A model generated the notes under the pieces. The model was not told the origin of the DNA. It ran no database searches and saw only the letters and a list, made by a program, of their open reading frames with translations. From Octopus vulgaris (Eukaryota), in assembly GCA_951406725.2 (NCBI GenBank), contig OX597816.1, positions 40,424,001-40,488,000 on the forward strand: a DNA stretch of 64,000 bases, given 5' to 3'. The position numbers and the translations under genes were made by a program. Shown here one piece after another: positions 13,251 to 26,699 of this stretch (position 1 is the stretch's first letter; each line of letters opens with the position of its first letter).

Positions 13251-13367
<117 letters not shown>

Positions 13368-13374
13368 GACCCTT

Positions 13375-14175
13375 AAGTGGGGATCTGGCAGAATCGTTAG
13401 CACGACGGGCGAAATGCCTAGCAGTGTTTGCCTGCCGCTATCTTCTGAGTTCAAGTTTCGCGGGTTGATTTTGCCTGTCATCTTTTCATGGTCGATAAGA
13501 TAAGTACCAGTAAAACACTAGGGTCGATGTAATCGGCTCATTCCCTCCCAAAAATAGCAGTCCTTACCGCAAAATTTGAAACCATAATTATTATTGACCC
13601 TTAAGCGGTGAGGTGGCAGAATCGTTAGCACGCTAGGTGAAATGCTTAGCGGTATTTCGTCTGCTGTTACGTTCTGAGTTCAAATTCCGCCGAGGTCGAC
13701 TTTGCCTTTCATCCTTTTGGGGTCGATAAATTAAGTACCAGTTATGCACTGGGGTCGATGTAATCGACTTAATACCTATGTCTGTCCTTGTTTGTCCCCT
13801 CTGTGTTTAGCCCCTTGTGGGTAATAAAGAAATAGGTATTTCGTCTGCTGTTACGTTCTGAGTTCAAATTCCGCCGAGGTCGACTTTGCCTTTCATCCTT
13901 TCGGGGTCTATTAAATAAGTACCAGTTACGCACTGGGGTCGATAAAATCGACTTAATCCGTTTGTCTGTCCTTGTTTGTCCTCTCTGTGTTTAGCCCCTT
14001 GTAGTTAGTAAAGAAATAGGTATTTCGTCTGCCGCCGCTACGTTCTGAGTTCAAATCCCACCGAGGTCGATTTTGCCTTTCATCCTTTCGGGTCGATAAA
14101 TTAAGTACTGAAGTCGATGTAACCGACTAGTCTTCTACACCTACTTAAAGGCTTTTTGCCTCCAGTAGAAAGGAG
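13375..14175 (+). mobile_element. Cluster of SINE family B: one copy plus a tandem trimer with 184-bp period
   Basis: Heads at ~13375 and ~13604 (tggcagaatcgttagcacg); GGTATTTCGTCTG recurs at 13651, 13835 and 14019; central ctttcatcctttcggggtcgataaattaagtacc resembles the MetaSINE domain. Confidence 0.9.
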
Positions 14176-14399
14176 TATTACAATTGACCCTCACGAAAAA
14201 ATACACTCGGTCGTGACCCAGGAAAGTCTTTAAAATTTTCACCTTTTTCATTTGCCTTTGGTTGAAAAAATTTGTCTCTAATATCTATATTTCTTTTAAT
14301 AAATGAGGAGCCATTGTTAAGTCCTCCCTATATGGGGAAAAGTCTGAAGAGAGAAGACATTGGTGGCTGAGAGTCACTTTAAAAGGCAATAAAGACGTA

Positions 14400-14752
14400 A
14401 GAGGTGCGTCTTACTCAGAAAAACTTCAAAAGATGAGCGGATGGACGAGAATTGTTAGGAAGGTGATTTTGCATACAGAACCGAAGAAGGTAAAAATATC
14501 CGACGTTCCTATACTCCCAAACGCGACAGAGCTGTCGGTAGTGGTGGAGGGTAGAAAAACATGTGCGCAGTATCACCACACACCAAACAACAGCTTTCTA
14601 CCTTTTTCATTCCACAGCCAAGAATATCAAAAAGAGGAAAAACCAATATCAATATAAACCACCCCCACCAAAGCCTTATGAAATAGCGAAGCAGAATAAA
14701 CATAATTGACACGAAGAAGAAGAAGAAGAAGAAGAAGAAGAAGAAGAAGAAG

Positions 14753-14783
<31 letters not shown>

Positions 14784-15155
14784 GTTGTAGTCTAAACTAC
14801 AACCAAAGAAGCAGCAGCAACAACAATATGTTGAAAGTCGGAAGAGAGGTGCCGAACTCAATTGAATTTATTGCCAGGTGGGCGAAAAAGGCAAAATTAG
14901 AAAAAGTGTATGGGTTTGATCTAAGTATGAAGCTGTAAATCTGAAAACGATGGTAGTAGAAAGTGCAGATGTTGGATCTGTGGATTTCCTTATATGGTTC
15001 TATATGGAGGTACTCCAGTGCTAGGCGCAGTGCAACATCATCTTTCGTTATTTTTATACCATCAACACTTCTATTTCCTGTCTTTTTTTCCTCAATAGGA
15101 TTTGCTAAATCCCTATACTTTACCTATCACCTGTATCCTGTTGGCAAATAGAGGA
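14400..15155 (+). pseudogene. Decayed L1/Tx1-like LINE fragments (ORF1 piece and 3' end)
   Basis: ILPNATELSVVVEGRKTC resembles the region before an ORF1 zinc knuckle; KVGREVPNSIEFIARWAKKA…L* resembles an ORF2 C-terminus. Recognised from memory only. Confidence 0.3.
14713..14781. repeat. (GAA)n microsatellite
   Basis: Visible. Confidence 0.95.
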
Positions 15156-15399
15156 AACCATTTTCATGAAAATCCATCTATCCCCTCCTCCTCATCATCG
15201 GACATTAAGAGAATCTTGAGAGAGCACATAAAAAGCTTTACAGTAATTTTTCCGTTTCTTTACGCTCTGTTTCCAAATCCCACCGAAGTAAAATTTGCCT
15301 TTCAGCTCTACGAAGTTGATAAAATAAAGTAACATTCAAGTACTGAGATGAAAATAAGCTACTGGGAAGTGCGTTAGTACACTGCCTTCTTTATAAGAG

Positions 15400-16760
15400 T
15401 TGGTTTCACACACAAGTAATCCTCAGTAGTCATATTCATGACAACTTTCATCTCATGAGATACATCTTGAGAAGCAAACCTGATTCCAGCGGGGGTTCTG
15501 ATCAAATGGGAACAACTGAAAGCTTTTGGTAAAATCGACCATCGTTACTTGGCAGCTGTCCTCAAGTAAGTGGTTTCAGTTCACTTACAGAACGGCAGCT
15601 ACACAGTGGTCCCTATAAATGGCCACATATCGGAACCTTTTCGAGACGCGCGCATGGAACGGTATGCATATACAGATTCTCTTGACTGCTGCAGGATCTG
15701 GAGTTGTTGATCAGCATTCTGTTCGAACTTGGTTGTAGAAGTTCAGTGTCCAGATATGCGGACGATATCGCAGTTAATTGAATAGGAGACCTAACAGACT
15801 TTTTTGACAGGAATGTAAAGAGTGACTGGAGTAAATTTGAATCCCATCATATCGATGGTCTTGCAACTCCTTGTAAGGCAAGTCGGTCCATGTCATCGGA
15901 TTGTGTGACGGGAACGCTAGAGAAACGTGAAATCTGTTTTGGTATTAATCTCCAGGATCCGAGGCAAGATTGCGATAAAAATGAATAATCCTATATACAA
16001 AAAATATTAGGTGAAGATATCCTTGAAACGTCGGGCTGAGAATATTGAATATTTCTATCAACTCCAGTAAGTATTGCTGCCTGACCATCGTGCTTTGCTC
16101 TAGGTTTCGCCTGACTACATTCGCTTCTTCTAAAAGTAACACCCTCGGAAAGGACGGTTCAGCAGGTTGTGGCTATTGATGCGCAGACATGCCCTGAAAC
16201 TGTAACGCCAACAAAGATTCCTTGACAGTACAGAGGCCTGGTTGTCTCATTCAAGAACATGTTCCCACAACTTATTACCTTGTAAGAGCTGAAGTCCTGG
16301 TCAAGCAAAAAGCAAATACTGAGCGTTTTTCATCCGGAATGTTGTCTGACGTTAACAGCCCATAACCTATTGGGCATTATGGTTGGTGTACCTTCTATAT
16401 TGGCATTCTATCTATAGAGAACTGGTCTTTGGGAAAAGAGCGACATTTCCAACGACGTTCGCCGTAAATCAACTGGATGGTCTATTCTGAAGAAGTATCG
16501 GTCCAGAATCTATGAATTATTCCTATAAATCCCAGTGATACCGGAAGTATTGCCACTTCATGGGTAACTCTACAGGCATAGAAGTGCCGACAGCCGGGTC
16601 GGTCTGCAATGAGCGCAGATTGAAGAAACCTTTCTACGCACATTCATTCTATGTCCGAATATTTGTTCTCTTAAGTAGGTACCCGGCTATTGGTCAAGTT
16701 CTTTATGAAGATCGTTCCACGACTTTCTTCATCCGGAAAGGTCAGGCAGTTTTCTCTCTC
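15400..16760 (-). pseudogene. Highly decayed Gypsy/Ty3 pol (RT-RNase H) relic
   Basis: Minus-strand remnants in the expected order: GMKNAQ (cf. PFGLKNA), YRIIHFYRNL (cf. LGLVNFYRRF), NHLLEDS…DFTK (cf. HLLEG…TDHKPL); many stops and frameshifts. Confidence 0.45.
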
Positions 16761-17569
16761 TAGCATTTATGGCAAAATATGTTGTGTGATGGCCTGAAAG
16801 CAGACCCTTTTCTCTTTGGTGAAGCACTTATTCTTCAAGATAAAAGAATGAAAATGTATGCAGTTTTCCATAATATGGTCTCTAATCTAGATCCTTTCAA
16901 TCATTTGAACACATGATTTAGAGTCCTTCCTACACTCAATCTCATCCAGGTCTCCGGTCAAAGATTAGCCTATGAGTTGTTCTGCAGTATTTTGCTTAAC
17001 GTTTTTCAGCCTTGAAGGTCTTGAGAAAAGGTAATAGGCACTTTCCTACACATTTAGACTAAGTTGTACACAAAACTATATTTCTCTGGCATGTTATGGT
17101 TGATCTACTTCATTTAGTATCGGTACTGATGTATATACATCTAATATTTCCAGTATCTGTAACTGTTATATGCTGTTAACTACTTATGGATAATGAAGCA
17201 ATGTTATGATGTGGTTTGTTTCTCTGCTTTCTTGATATCTTAAGGCTGATGTTTACAAACATATATCTTCACGATAACACTTCTCTTCCTCTAGTAAAAT
17301 GTTGTATCTTTTCATTTGAACAGCCAGCCTGTAATAAATCATAGATCTGCATGTTGTTAGTTATATACTGCATTCTTTTAAGTATAACATGCATATAGGT
17401 ATAAAGTCCGTCAAAGAATGAGAAAGCCTTTCACAGACGAACTTGCAAGAATTGGATAAGTTCCATCAGGTTATCTGCATCTGACCTTTGAACTACATTA
17501 TAATGACGCAGCATAATGCAGATAGTATACCGTATCTGTCTGGGCCGGTATGAATTGAATTGCATCATC

Positions 17570-20340
17570 CACTGTGGAAAATACCTTTACTTTTGGAACT
17601 TGGAAATTATGTATCATTTGTCAGTGTGAAAAAGTGCAGCAACTAACTTATGAGATGGAGAGATATTCTTGGAATATTGTAAGGATTGTTAAGACCAGTT
17701 GGGCAAAATGTGGAGAATTTATGACAGAAGATAAATATAAAATATAGTTTAACGGCCTGGGAAGCAAACATAAAATCTGTGGGTTTCATGCTGCATAAAA
17801 AATAAATGCCTCAAAGTTAGTACGGGATTTCCAGCAGAATGTGCACAAATACGACAGACGGTAAAACATACAGTATTTTAATGATCAAAATTTATGTTCC
17901 TACAAGCGATTACGATGATGAAGAATTCTATCAAGATAGAGAAAAAAAATATAATTGGTAAGAATAGTATGTTTCAAGTTAACTGGGATGCAAAATTTGG
18001 ATTAGATGTTCAAGATACTTGGAAAAGAACCCGTTTGTAGCTATAACTTGGAAAATAATAGTATGGAAGTGAGATGATTAGAAAATGCAGAAGAACACAA
18101 ACTAATTATAGGAAATATATATCAGCACAACTGTCATGAACACTAACATAGCTTCCTCAGAGCGTTATATAATAATCATATTGACATTATTCGCATCAGA
18201 AGAGATCTGTCTATTATAAATGAAATAGAAAAACGTTTTTTCTTTTGTAATCGTAAATACAGGCAGTGATCACAAAGCTTTAGTTATGTCTTAAATCAAC
18301 CAAAAAGAACAATCCTGTATGGATAAAATATTACTTCGGAAACTTTAACGGACTGAGCGTAGTTGTAGATAGAGAAACATTCGCACCTTTGATATACATA
18401 ATTTGATGCAAATATCCAAAGAATTATCAGTTTCATTTGATGACCTGATACATCAACAATCGTTATGATTCTTGATTGAAGGAATAGAATTAAGAATCCT
18501 TGGATAAATGGTTTTTAATCAAATGTAATGACAGAAGAGGTTTGGAAGGGGCGCAATATAGAAACGAGGTAACAGAAATGGAATATATATAATATATATA
18601 TTAGTCAAAAGGAAAATAGTAGCAAAAGGTATATAACACAGTATAAGATACAATGTGTTCCGAAAAATGTAGCGAAATCAAAGCTCGCCATAGGGAAAGA
18701 GTCTCAAAATAAATATTCTAAATGGTTAAAGATCTCACGAGAAACTGTATATCTAAGTGACAAATTATTTCAGCTAGCCATTGTAAAACATTAACCAAAG
18801 AAAATGACGTTTCTCATAGGCGGAGAGAATATTATCATGTACTTTATTGTGACGAAGCAGGAGTAGATAGAACGTTTTAAAGCAATCCAGAAGGAAATTT
18901 ACCTTTAATAGCAGCAACATCTAGGAATCACTTCAAAAATTATTTAGGCAAATAAAGGAATAAAATGGTATAAATTACTTGCAAGACACGTGAATGAAGA
19001 AGAGATAACATTAAAGCAAATAATGAATATATCTCCGAGAGTGCTTGCCAGAAGTTCATGGTCCAATGAATAAATTGACAGAATTCTTCGTTATATCACT
19101 GCCAACGAAGTGAAGGACCAAAACGCAGGTGTTGAAATAACTGTACACTTGATTTAATTTACAATCCAGGAAATAGTTTGTTAATGTAATTTGCTTACTT
19201 AAATGTTACAAATAATACAAATGATAGAAAAACACAGGCTGTTTTCTAAGAACGGAAAAACATCGCCGAGAGAATTTGTAACAAAATATTCTAACAGAAG
19301 AATAGAACAAACAATTAGACTTCTCCAAGAAGTGCATAGACTTTTGACCATGTGCAGTATGTGATACTATAATTTGTTGTGAGACCATATACCACCATTC
19401 TACTTATAACAAATGATATTAAATCTTTACATGCAAAAAGGAAACAGTTTCGTGCGAAGCTAGAGTATGTTCTTTCGCCAAGCCTTTTCAATATATCAAT
19501 ATAATGGACACGGACGGAAGTCAGATCGTCTTTGAAAGGAAATATTAAAATGAGCAGAAAAGTCAGTAATCTCCGTTTTGTCAAGGATAATGATTTAATA
19601 AGACACAACGAGAAAGAATCTGTAGATCTTACAATAGACATCATACATCTGCATAATATGAAACGACAGTAATTATTCATAAATGCAGAAAAACGGTAAA
19701 TAGTAAGAAGAAAAAGACAATCAATCCAATTGAGAAATCTGCTTAAACATGTTGAATTTAAATATTTCAGAAGAATAGTAATAGAAGATGAGATCAAGGA
19801 AAGAAATATAATGCCGGATTGCAGCTTCTACAGCGATTTTAATAAAATTAAAACCTGTCTGGAAAAGGTGGCAAGACTAAAATACAAGAATTCCTTGAAG
19901 GATAATGGTAATTTTAACTACACTTTACGAGTGTGAATTGCTGATGTTTCCTAATGAAAGTGAGAAAAATATTATGGCGTTCGATATTTTATACAAAGAT
20001 ATTTCGCATTCTGAATGCAGAACATCGAACTAACAAGTGTTAAAAGAAAATCGTTGGATAAACTGTAAACTATAAAGCTATATTGTAAATTGTCAACAGA
20101 GGGAAAATTATGTTGTTCGTGCAACAATTATGTTACACTACTAACAGTAGTGTAACAGTTTGATCAAACAAGAACAATCCCTCGGTAAAAAGGAATAGGA
20201 AAACTATGAATGGTTGGTTCAGCAACATGAAGGAATGAACAGAGAGAAAGATGGTGGAAAACTTGAGGTTTGTTCAAATCTGGATAGCATAGAAGAAGTA
20301 GATCTTATAGTAGATCTTGCAGCAGTCATTTTCAATTAGA
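17570..20340 (+). pseudogene. Decayed near-full-length RTE-type LINE (APE endonuclease + RT)
   Basis: FGTW…QLTYEMERYSWNIV (17593), IKIYVPTSDYDDEEFYQ (17884), VLSPSLFNI (~19470), SNLRFVKDNDLI (cf. NLRFADD, 19565), EFKYF (19754); many disruptions. Confidence 0.8.
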
Positions 20341-21194
20341 GGTCACTCTCTATTATGTCATTAATCGAATGATTCTTGATTTGTTGACTCCGGTCAACTT
20401 TTATTTATTCAAATCGAAACATGTTTTAACTCTTTAATCCAACATCTATTGTCTAATGCAACGTTCTCTGACAATCCATGTTATGCATTTTCTACTTAAA
20501 CTTCTCATATTTATGCACCACCGGTATTCACCTCTACGTAAAAAGGCTTTTGGACCGATTCAGGTAGATAGCGTTCTACTTGGGTATATAAGTTTCAATA
20601 TACTTAACCTAATACGTTTCTCTTGTTTTTTAACTGCTAAATGCTCCATGATTGTTATAATGACATGTTTTCTGTCACTATCGTTTCTTCGTATATACAG
20701 TTTATCAACATGGTGCATTATTAGTGACATTCTCATTCTAGCATGTCATATTCTATATATTATGCCAAGAAGGATTGTTGATCTATTTAAGAATATTTTT
20801 ACCATTGCGATTAATTTTCAGGAACTTCCTAGACATTTTCTTATTTTCTTCTCTACCTTTACCTCTCACTTCTTTGTGATACGATACTTCATCTGTCAAA
20901 GTACCCTGCACACTTATATCCCGGTAGTTTAGTGTTATGATACTAGTTCTATTTACTTGGATTATGTTTCTCATTTGAAACGGTACGAACTAAATTATTA
21001 TAGCTTTTTCTTCCTCTCATATGAGACTTGATGTATGCTAGGTCATATAATTTATGTCTTAACTTGGAAGCATTGTGGTATTTCTTCCGATTCTTTATAT
21101 TCAGAGTTCAAACTGTCACCGATGCCAGTTTTGTCGTTAACCTTCCGAAGTCGATAAAATATATATAAAATAAGCTCAGGACACTCCAAAACTA

Positions 21195-21352
21195 CGACCG
21201 CCACCACTGCCATAGCTGTAACCACCAATTCTGCCACTGCCAATGCTGCCACCGCCAATGTCACCACCGCTAATGCCGCCACTGCTAATGTCGCCACCTC
21301 CAATACCACCACCGCCACCAATGACGACAAGGCCACCACCTCTGCCACCACT
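21195..21352. repeat. Degenerate (CCA/GCC/CTG) trinucleotide low-complexity tract
   Basis: Visible; gives the Val/Ala-rich ORF 21052-21351. Confidence 0.8.
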
Positions 21353-22845
21353 AGTAGTTTAACCTCGCTTGCAATATTATTACAGTGTCATGCAATTATA
21401 AATTATTGCCATGCTTGGCAAACGAGTACCCACCACTGAAGACATCCAACAAGATCGAAATCACATGGTATGGTGGTCTCAAATTTATGATGACAGGAGT
21501 TATCTCCCGCTTGCAATAAATATCAAGTGCAGAAAGCACACTAAATAAATCAGGAGGAGATGTATTCCTGGAGTTAAATTTACAGTATCATCGTCTCTTA
21601 CAGAACACTCACGTTGAAACGGAGAGAAAAATGACCTTTTCGTTTGTATACAGCTTCTATCTTGAACAGAGATTTTCTAAAGGACTAGTTTCCATATTAA
21701 TGCACATATATATACATAGCTTTATTCTAGCATAAATATACATAAGCACATCACATATATATATAATCCTTATTATTATTGTTGCTAGACATACACGTAT
21801 GTACAAACATGTACATTAATGTATTACCATAATATCTTTGAGCATCCAACCATGCCTGAATCTGGTCACAGGTTTGTAACTATGATATAAGTTTATGTGG
21901 ATACTGTGTATTTATGTAATTTATATCGCATAGAAAATATAAATCAAAGTTAAACATGCGTATGTCCTTGTATTAATTCATATATACATGCATATATGCA
22001 TACATTCAAACTCACGATGTTCTTATGAAGATATGCCTGCAAACGTGAAGGTATGTATGCGTTTTTGCAAATTTCTGAATATGTAGAGAGAGTGTGTTGG
22101 GGCGAAAGTAGCGAAAAGATTGAATCTTTATATATGATATATTTGCATTCGTGTGTGTGTGTGTATGTATGTTTGTGTGCGCGTGAGTGTTTGAAATAAA
22201 GCGAAGGTAGTGGTTGAGGAGAAACAGAAAGAGAGGTGAGCGAAGCAATAATGTAAGGTGTACCATGTAAACCGTGTCCAATTATGTTTTAATCATAGAG
22301 CAATCTCGCAATAGATCGTGTTACTAATGTCATTTCAACATGAACCAGAGAACAATACCCAAGAGAGTTGCTTAGAACTCATTGCAAACCTAACACAGGG
22401 CCTAAAATTTCTCCACAAACATAGATGATTAAATAGATCGTGTTCAATATATCGTAAGCTAATGGATTGGATTTCTTTCACGATCGAGGTGTCATAAAGA
22501 AAGCAAATTAATAGGCCGACCTGCAATGGTATTATATGTGACCTGAGACAAATATAACGGAACTATTAATCTTTTCCAGTGTATTGCTGATAATGTTGTC
22601 CTTAACAGCATTCAGTAAAAATCGCTTCTAGCTTTGCATGAATTTGTCATTTGTTTCAGTCGACGATGATTTCTGAAACATACTCCAGCATTTGATTATA
22701 TAAAGCCCTTGAGCTTTTGTTTGTAATTTGATTTATGGTATGTTGACAGAGTTGCCATGCTGCTACACACAACCCCATATATAAAGTCTATGTGTGCGTG
22801 CATATATATATATGTGTGTGTGTATGTGTGTATTTATGTGCATAT

Positions 22846-22904
<59 letters not shown>

Positions 22905-23027
22905 TATATATATATATTATATATATATATATATACGTTTATATATATATATATATTATTTGTATATATAACTTCAGCTTTGTATTTGTCTTTTGCAAAT
23001 ACACGCATACATAGATACACACATACA

Positions 23028-23081
<54 letters not shown>

Positions 23082-23778
23082 TGTGTGTGTGTGTGTATCA
23101 TTGGTGTGTGACAATGACACATGCAGAAAGGAACAGAAAAGTTAGTGCATATATCAGGCAGTGGAAAAAAGATCTTCCATAATGAGTTAAGATCCAGGAC
23201 TGACGACAGGTGCTGCTTAATTTGTCACTTCGTATTTATGAGTTCAAATCTGAAAAATATTTTGCATTGTCATTGCACATTAATACAGCTGATTATTGCT
23301 ATTCTTGTAGGGCTAAAATTGCAGGGCCCTAATGCCGAGGATCAAACAAAAAATTTTGTGCGTCGGAGAAATGCAGGATGGTATTGGAATTCTGTGTTCA
23401 AATTCTATTGAGGCCATATTTTCAACGTCTCTTTCCCAGGGTCGAGGAATTACAGTGCCAAATTTGAAATGAAGTATTGAGATCGTTCTTCTCACTCGTA
23501 ATATGAACCCCAACTTCAGCTGCGCTGCACTTTGAAGGAAGTGTGAAGGATATTTCACAATATACCTTTAGTTGAAGACCAAACATTTTTTATCGTAATA
23601 GAAGAATGTAGTGACAAAGCTCGGGCAGAATATATAGCACGATGGTAGTGATATGAAGCTAAGTAAAATCTTGTTGACCTCATTTCCTCGTACACACGCA
23701 CACAGAAACACACATACACACGCATATATGTATATAAGCACACCGACGCACACGCACACGCACGCACACACATACAAT

Positions 23779-23810
<32 letters not shown>

Positions 23811-23811
23811 G

Positions 23812-23860
<49 letters not shown>

Positions 23861-23951
23861 AGAAAACATTCATATATATGTAATCTATTTAGTAGATATA
23901 GAAATAGGGAGCAAGCTGTTTCTCAGCAGATTGAAAGAAAGATAATGAGAA

Positions 23952-23995
23952 ACCTTAATCGAGTTTTCGAAACTTATAGAACTCTCATCGGAGGT
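23952..23995 (-). ncRNA. Partly decayed minimal hammerhead motif (U4C core)
   Basis: ACCT-CCGATGA-GAG-10nt-TTC-GAAA-ACTCGAT-TA-AGGT; about 100 bp upstream of (TA)n on the minus strand. Confidence 0.5.
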
Positions 23996-24583
23996 GTTTA
24001 CATCAGCTTTGATCAATCCCAGAGAAAGAAGCAGCTATTTCTATCTCTCACTCTTTGCCCCTCTCTCTCACTTTATAGATATATAATGTATACGTGTGTG
24101 TTTGTGTGTGTCTCTGAGTACGTGTGCATGTGTGTGTTTTCGTATGTGTTTATGATGGCTCTCTCAGGAATGTCTTCAGTCATGGAGTCAGCTACTGTGA
24201 CCAGCACGGAGGGCGACACAAACATTTCACAGGCAGTAAAAATTCTAAATGGCAACGCAATTCTGCAAAGAGATCACAAAGCAATATAAAAGCCTGCTGA
24301 GAACAACATGCAAAGAAAAGCTGTTCATAGCAACAATGTGCGGGGAACTAAGTAGTTATATTCTGAGGTAATTCAGAACAAGAAAAAAAAAGGTAACAAT
24401 GTCGTAAGGAACATTCGTTTTCAGTCGCCTAGAGAATTTCTTCCAATGATTGCCACGACATAGCGTTTTACCAACAAGAGAGCTCGATGCAATCCTACTC
24501 TGTTACACCACGAAGATTGTCTCAGTGTGGCAGATGAGATAGTGGGCCTAACAGATGTGTGTAAACTACCTAGAAACCTGGAG

Positions 24584-24840
24584 CTGTGGTTCTCAACCGG
24601 GGTTCACATCACTTTTGGGAATCCATATAAAATTAGCTTTAGTTAAAATTTATGTGAAATAAATTACCCATACTTCTTCAGTGTTCCACATACCTTAACA
24701 TCTTTTATGCAATTCCTAATAAGATATATTCTAATTCTCAAACAAAATAGTGGGAATAAATCTCGAGTAGTTAGGAGGATCCACGTGAGTAAAAGAGGAA
24801 TCAAAGTGGGTCCAGAGGCAAAAATGGTAGAGAATTACTT
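24584..24840. mobile_element. hAT-type MITE (degenerate)
   Basis: Left CTGTGGTTCTCAACC and right GGTAGAGAATTACTT resemble hAT-Charlie CAGTGGTTCTCAACC TIRs. Confidence 0.55.
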
Positions 24841-25249
24841 ACCAACAGTAAACACGCAATATTTACATATGTATATACATACACTTATATACACACGCAT
24901 GCACGCGCACTCACGCGCACGCATGCATACACATACATATACACATACACATACACATATATATTCATACATATATACACACATATATACATACATATAT
25001 ATATATATATACATATATACATACATATATATACATACGTATATATATATACATACATATATTTACATATATCTATATATACATACATATATATACATAT
25101 ATATACATATATAGATACATTTGGAAATCATAAGGATCTAAGAGCACATCTTCCTGGTCACATCGACATTAATATTTGATGCTGTCCTCCAGCTAAGGAT
25201 GTTCTTCACAGCTACATCTAAGATATTGATATTAGTTCAAGTCATAAGC

Positions 25250-25615
25250 CGGCGTGGTGTCAGGATCGTTAGCTCGCCGCACAAAATATTAGCGGTATTT
25301 CTTCTGTATCTAAATTCTGAGTTCAAATTCCACCAAAGTGGACTTGCCTTTCATCCTTTCGTGGTTGATAAAATAAGTACCAGCTGGGCACTGAGGGCGA
25401 TGTAATTGACTTGTCAGGTTTTGAGCCTATAGTGACAAAAAGCTTAGCGATATTTCGTCTATCTTTACATTCTGAGTTCAAATTATGCCGAGGTCGACTT
25501 TGCCTTTCAGCCTTTCGGGGTTGATAAAATAAGTACCAGCTGAACACTGGGATCGATGTAATCGACTAGCCCCACTCACCCAAAATTTCAGGTCTTGTGC
25601 CTATAGTAGGAGGCT
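25250..25615 (+). mobile_element. SINE family B, tandem dimer
   Basis: Two ttctgagttcaaatt…gttgataaaataagtaccagctg units. Confidence 0.8.
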
Positions 25616-25934
25616 CTTCCCAGAGAAGAGAATATGTTACTTTAAGTATATTATCTTTTCGAAACTGAATTGAATAAAATTTTATTCCATAATGTTCTGT
25701 TCTGCCCATTAAATCAAGGCAGAGATCAAACTGAGTACAAACCACTAATGGCTTTTAATTGTCTTGATCTAACTCTGTCGATCATATGTTTTCATTTCAC
25801 TAAGAAACAATCTTCTGCAATAACTTTCCACAAAAATTAATAGAGAGATTAATAGAGAGATTTCTTTCTCAAGAGAATATTGTTGATTCCATAGAAGGCC
25901 TTGTTGAAATTAAGAGTTATGTCATCAAGGTTGG

Positions 25935-25966
25935 ACTTCTTTCTTTCTTTATTTATTTCTTCCTTC

Positions 25967-26014
<48 letters not shown>

Positions 26015-26125
26015 CTTTCTTTTCTTTCTTTCTTTCTTTCTTTACTTTTCTTTCCTTTTTCTTTCTTTTCTTTTCTTCCTTCCTTTCTTTCTTTTTCGTC
26101 TTTCATTCCCTCTTTCTTTCTGTCT
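25935..26125. repeat. (TTTC)n polypyrimidine tract
   Basis: Visible. Confidence 0.9.
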
Positions 26126-26319
26126 GTGTGTCTCTGAATGTATTTAAATTCTCATGAAAGTAGTGCAGAAGCTGTGTTAACCAGTCTTTGCCACGTGAAA
26201 ACTACTGGTAGGATTTACGAGATTTATTTTTCTTTTTGCTCTCTAGAAAATCAGTTATTCTTGATCTCACCACCTTCTCAAATATTTTAATGATATGAAA
26301 GGTGAGATTGGACTGTAAT

Positions 26320-26435
26320 TTACTGCCAGAAATTACCCATCAATAAATTGACTATTAAATTCTTTTGAAGTTGACCTATTTGATCTTGTTAGAAACATTA
26401 AATTTTCAAAATATAAAACTCTAAAATTCTTCCTA
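26320..26435 (+). pseudogene. Second fragment of the PLE N-terminal region found at 26740-26840
   Basis: Direct similarity cccatca(a/g)taaattgact…ttcttttgaag(t/a)tgacctat…tcttgttagaaaca. Confidence 0.65.
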
Positions 26436-26699
26436 CAAGGATCTTCATACATACATACATACATACATACATACATACATACATACATACATACATACAT
26501 ACACACATACATACATATATGTGTGTATATACGAGTTGAATAAGTGAGATACTTATTTATATAATATCATAGATATAATATAATATTATGTGTAGTGCGT
26601 GAATCTGTTACTTGTCAATGTGTGTAAATATTTATTTTTAAAAGTTCTATTGCGGGAGAATGATATAGTGAAGAATCTTTTATTTTGATAAACAGAAGG

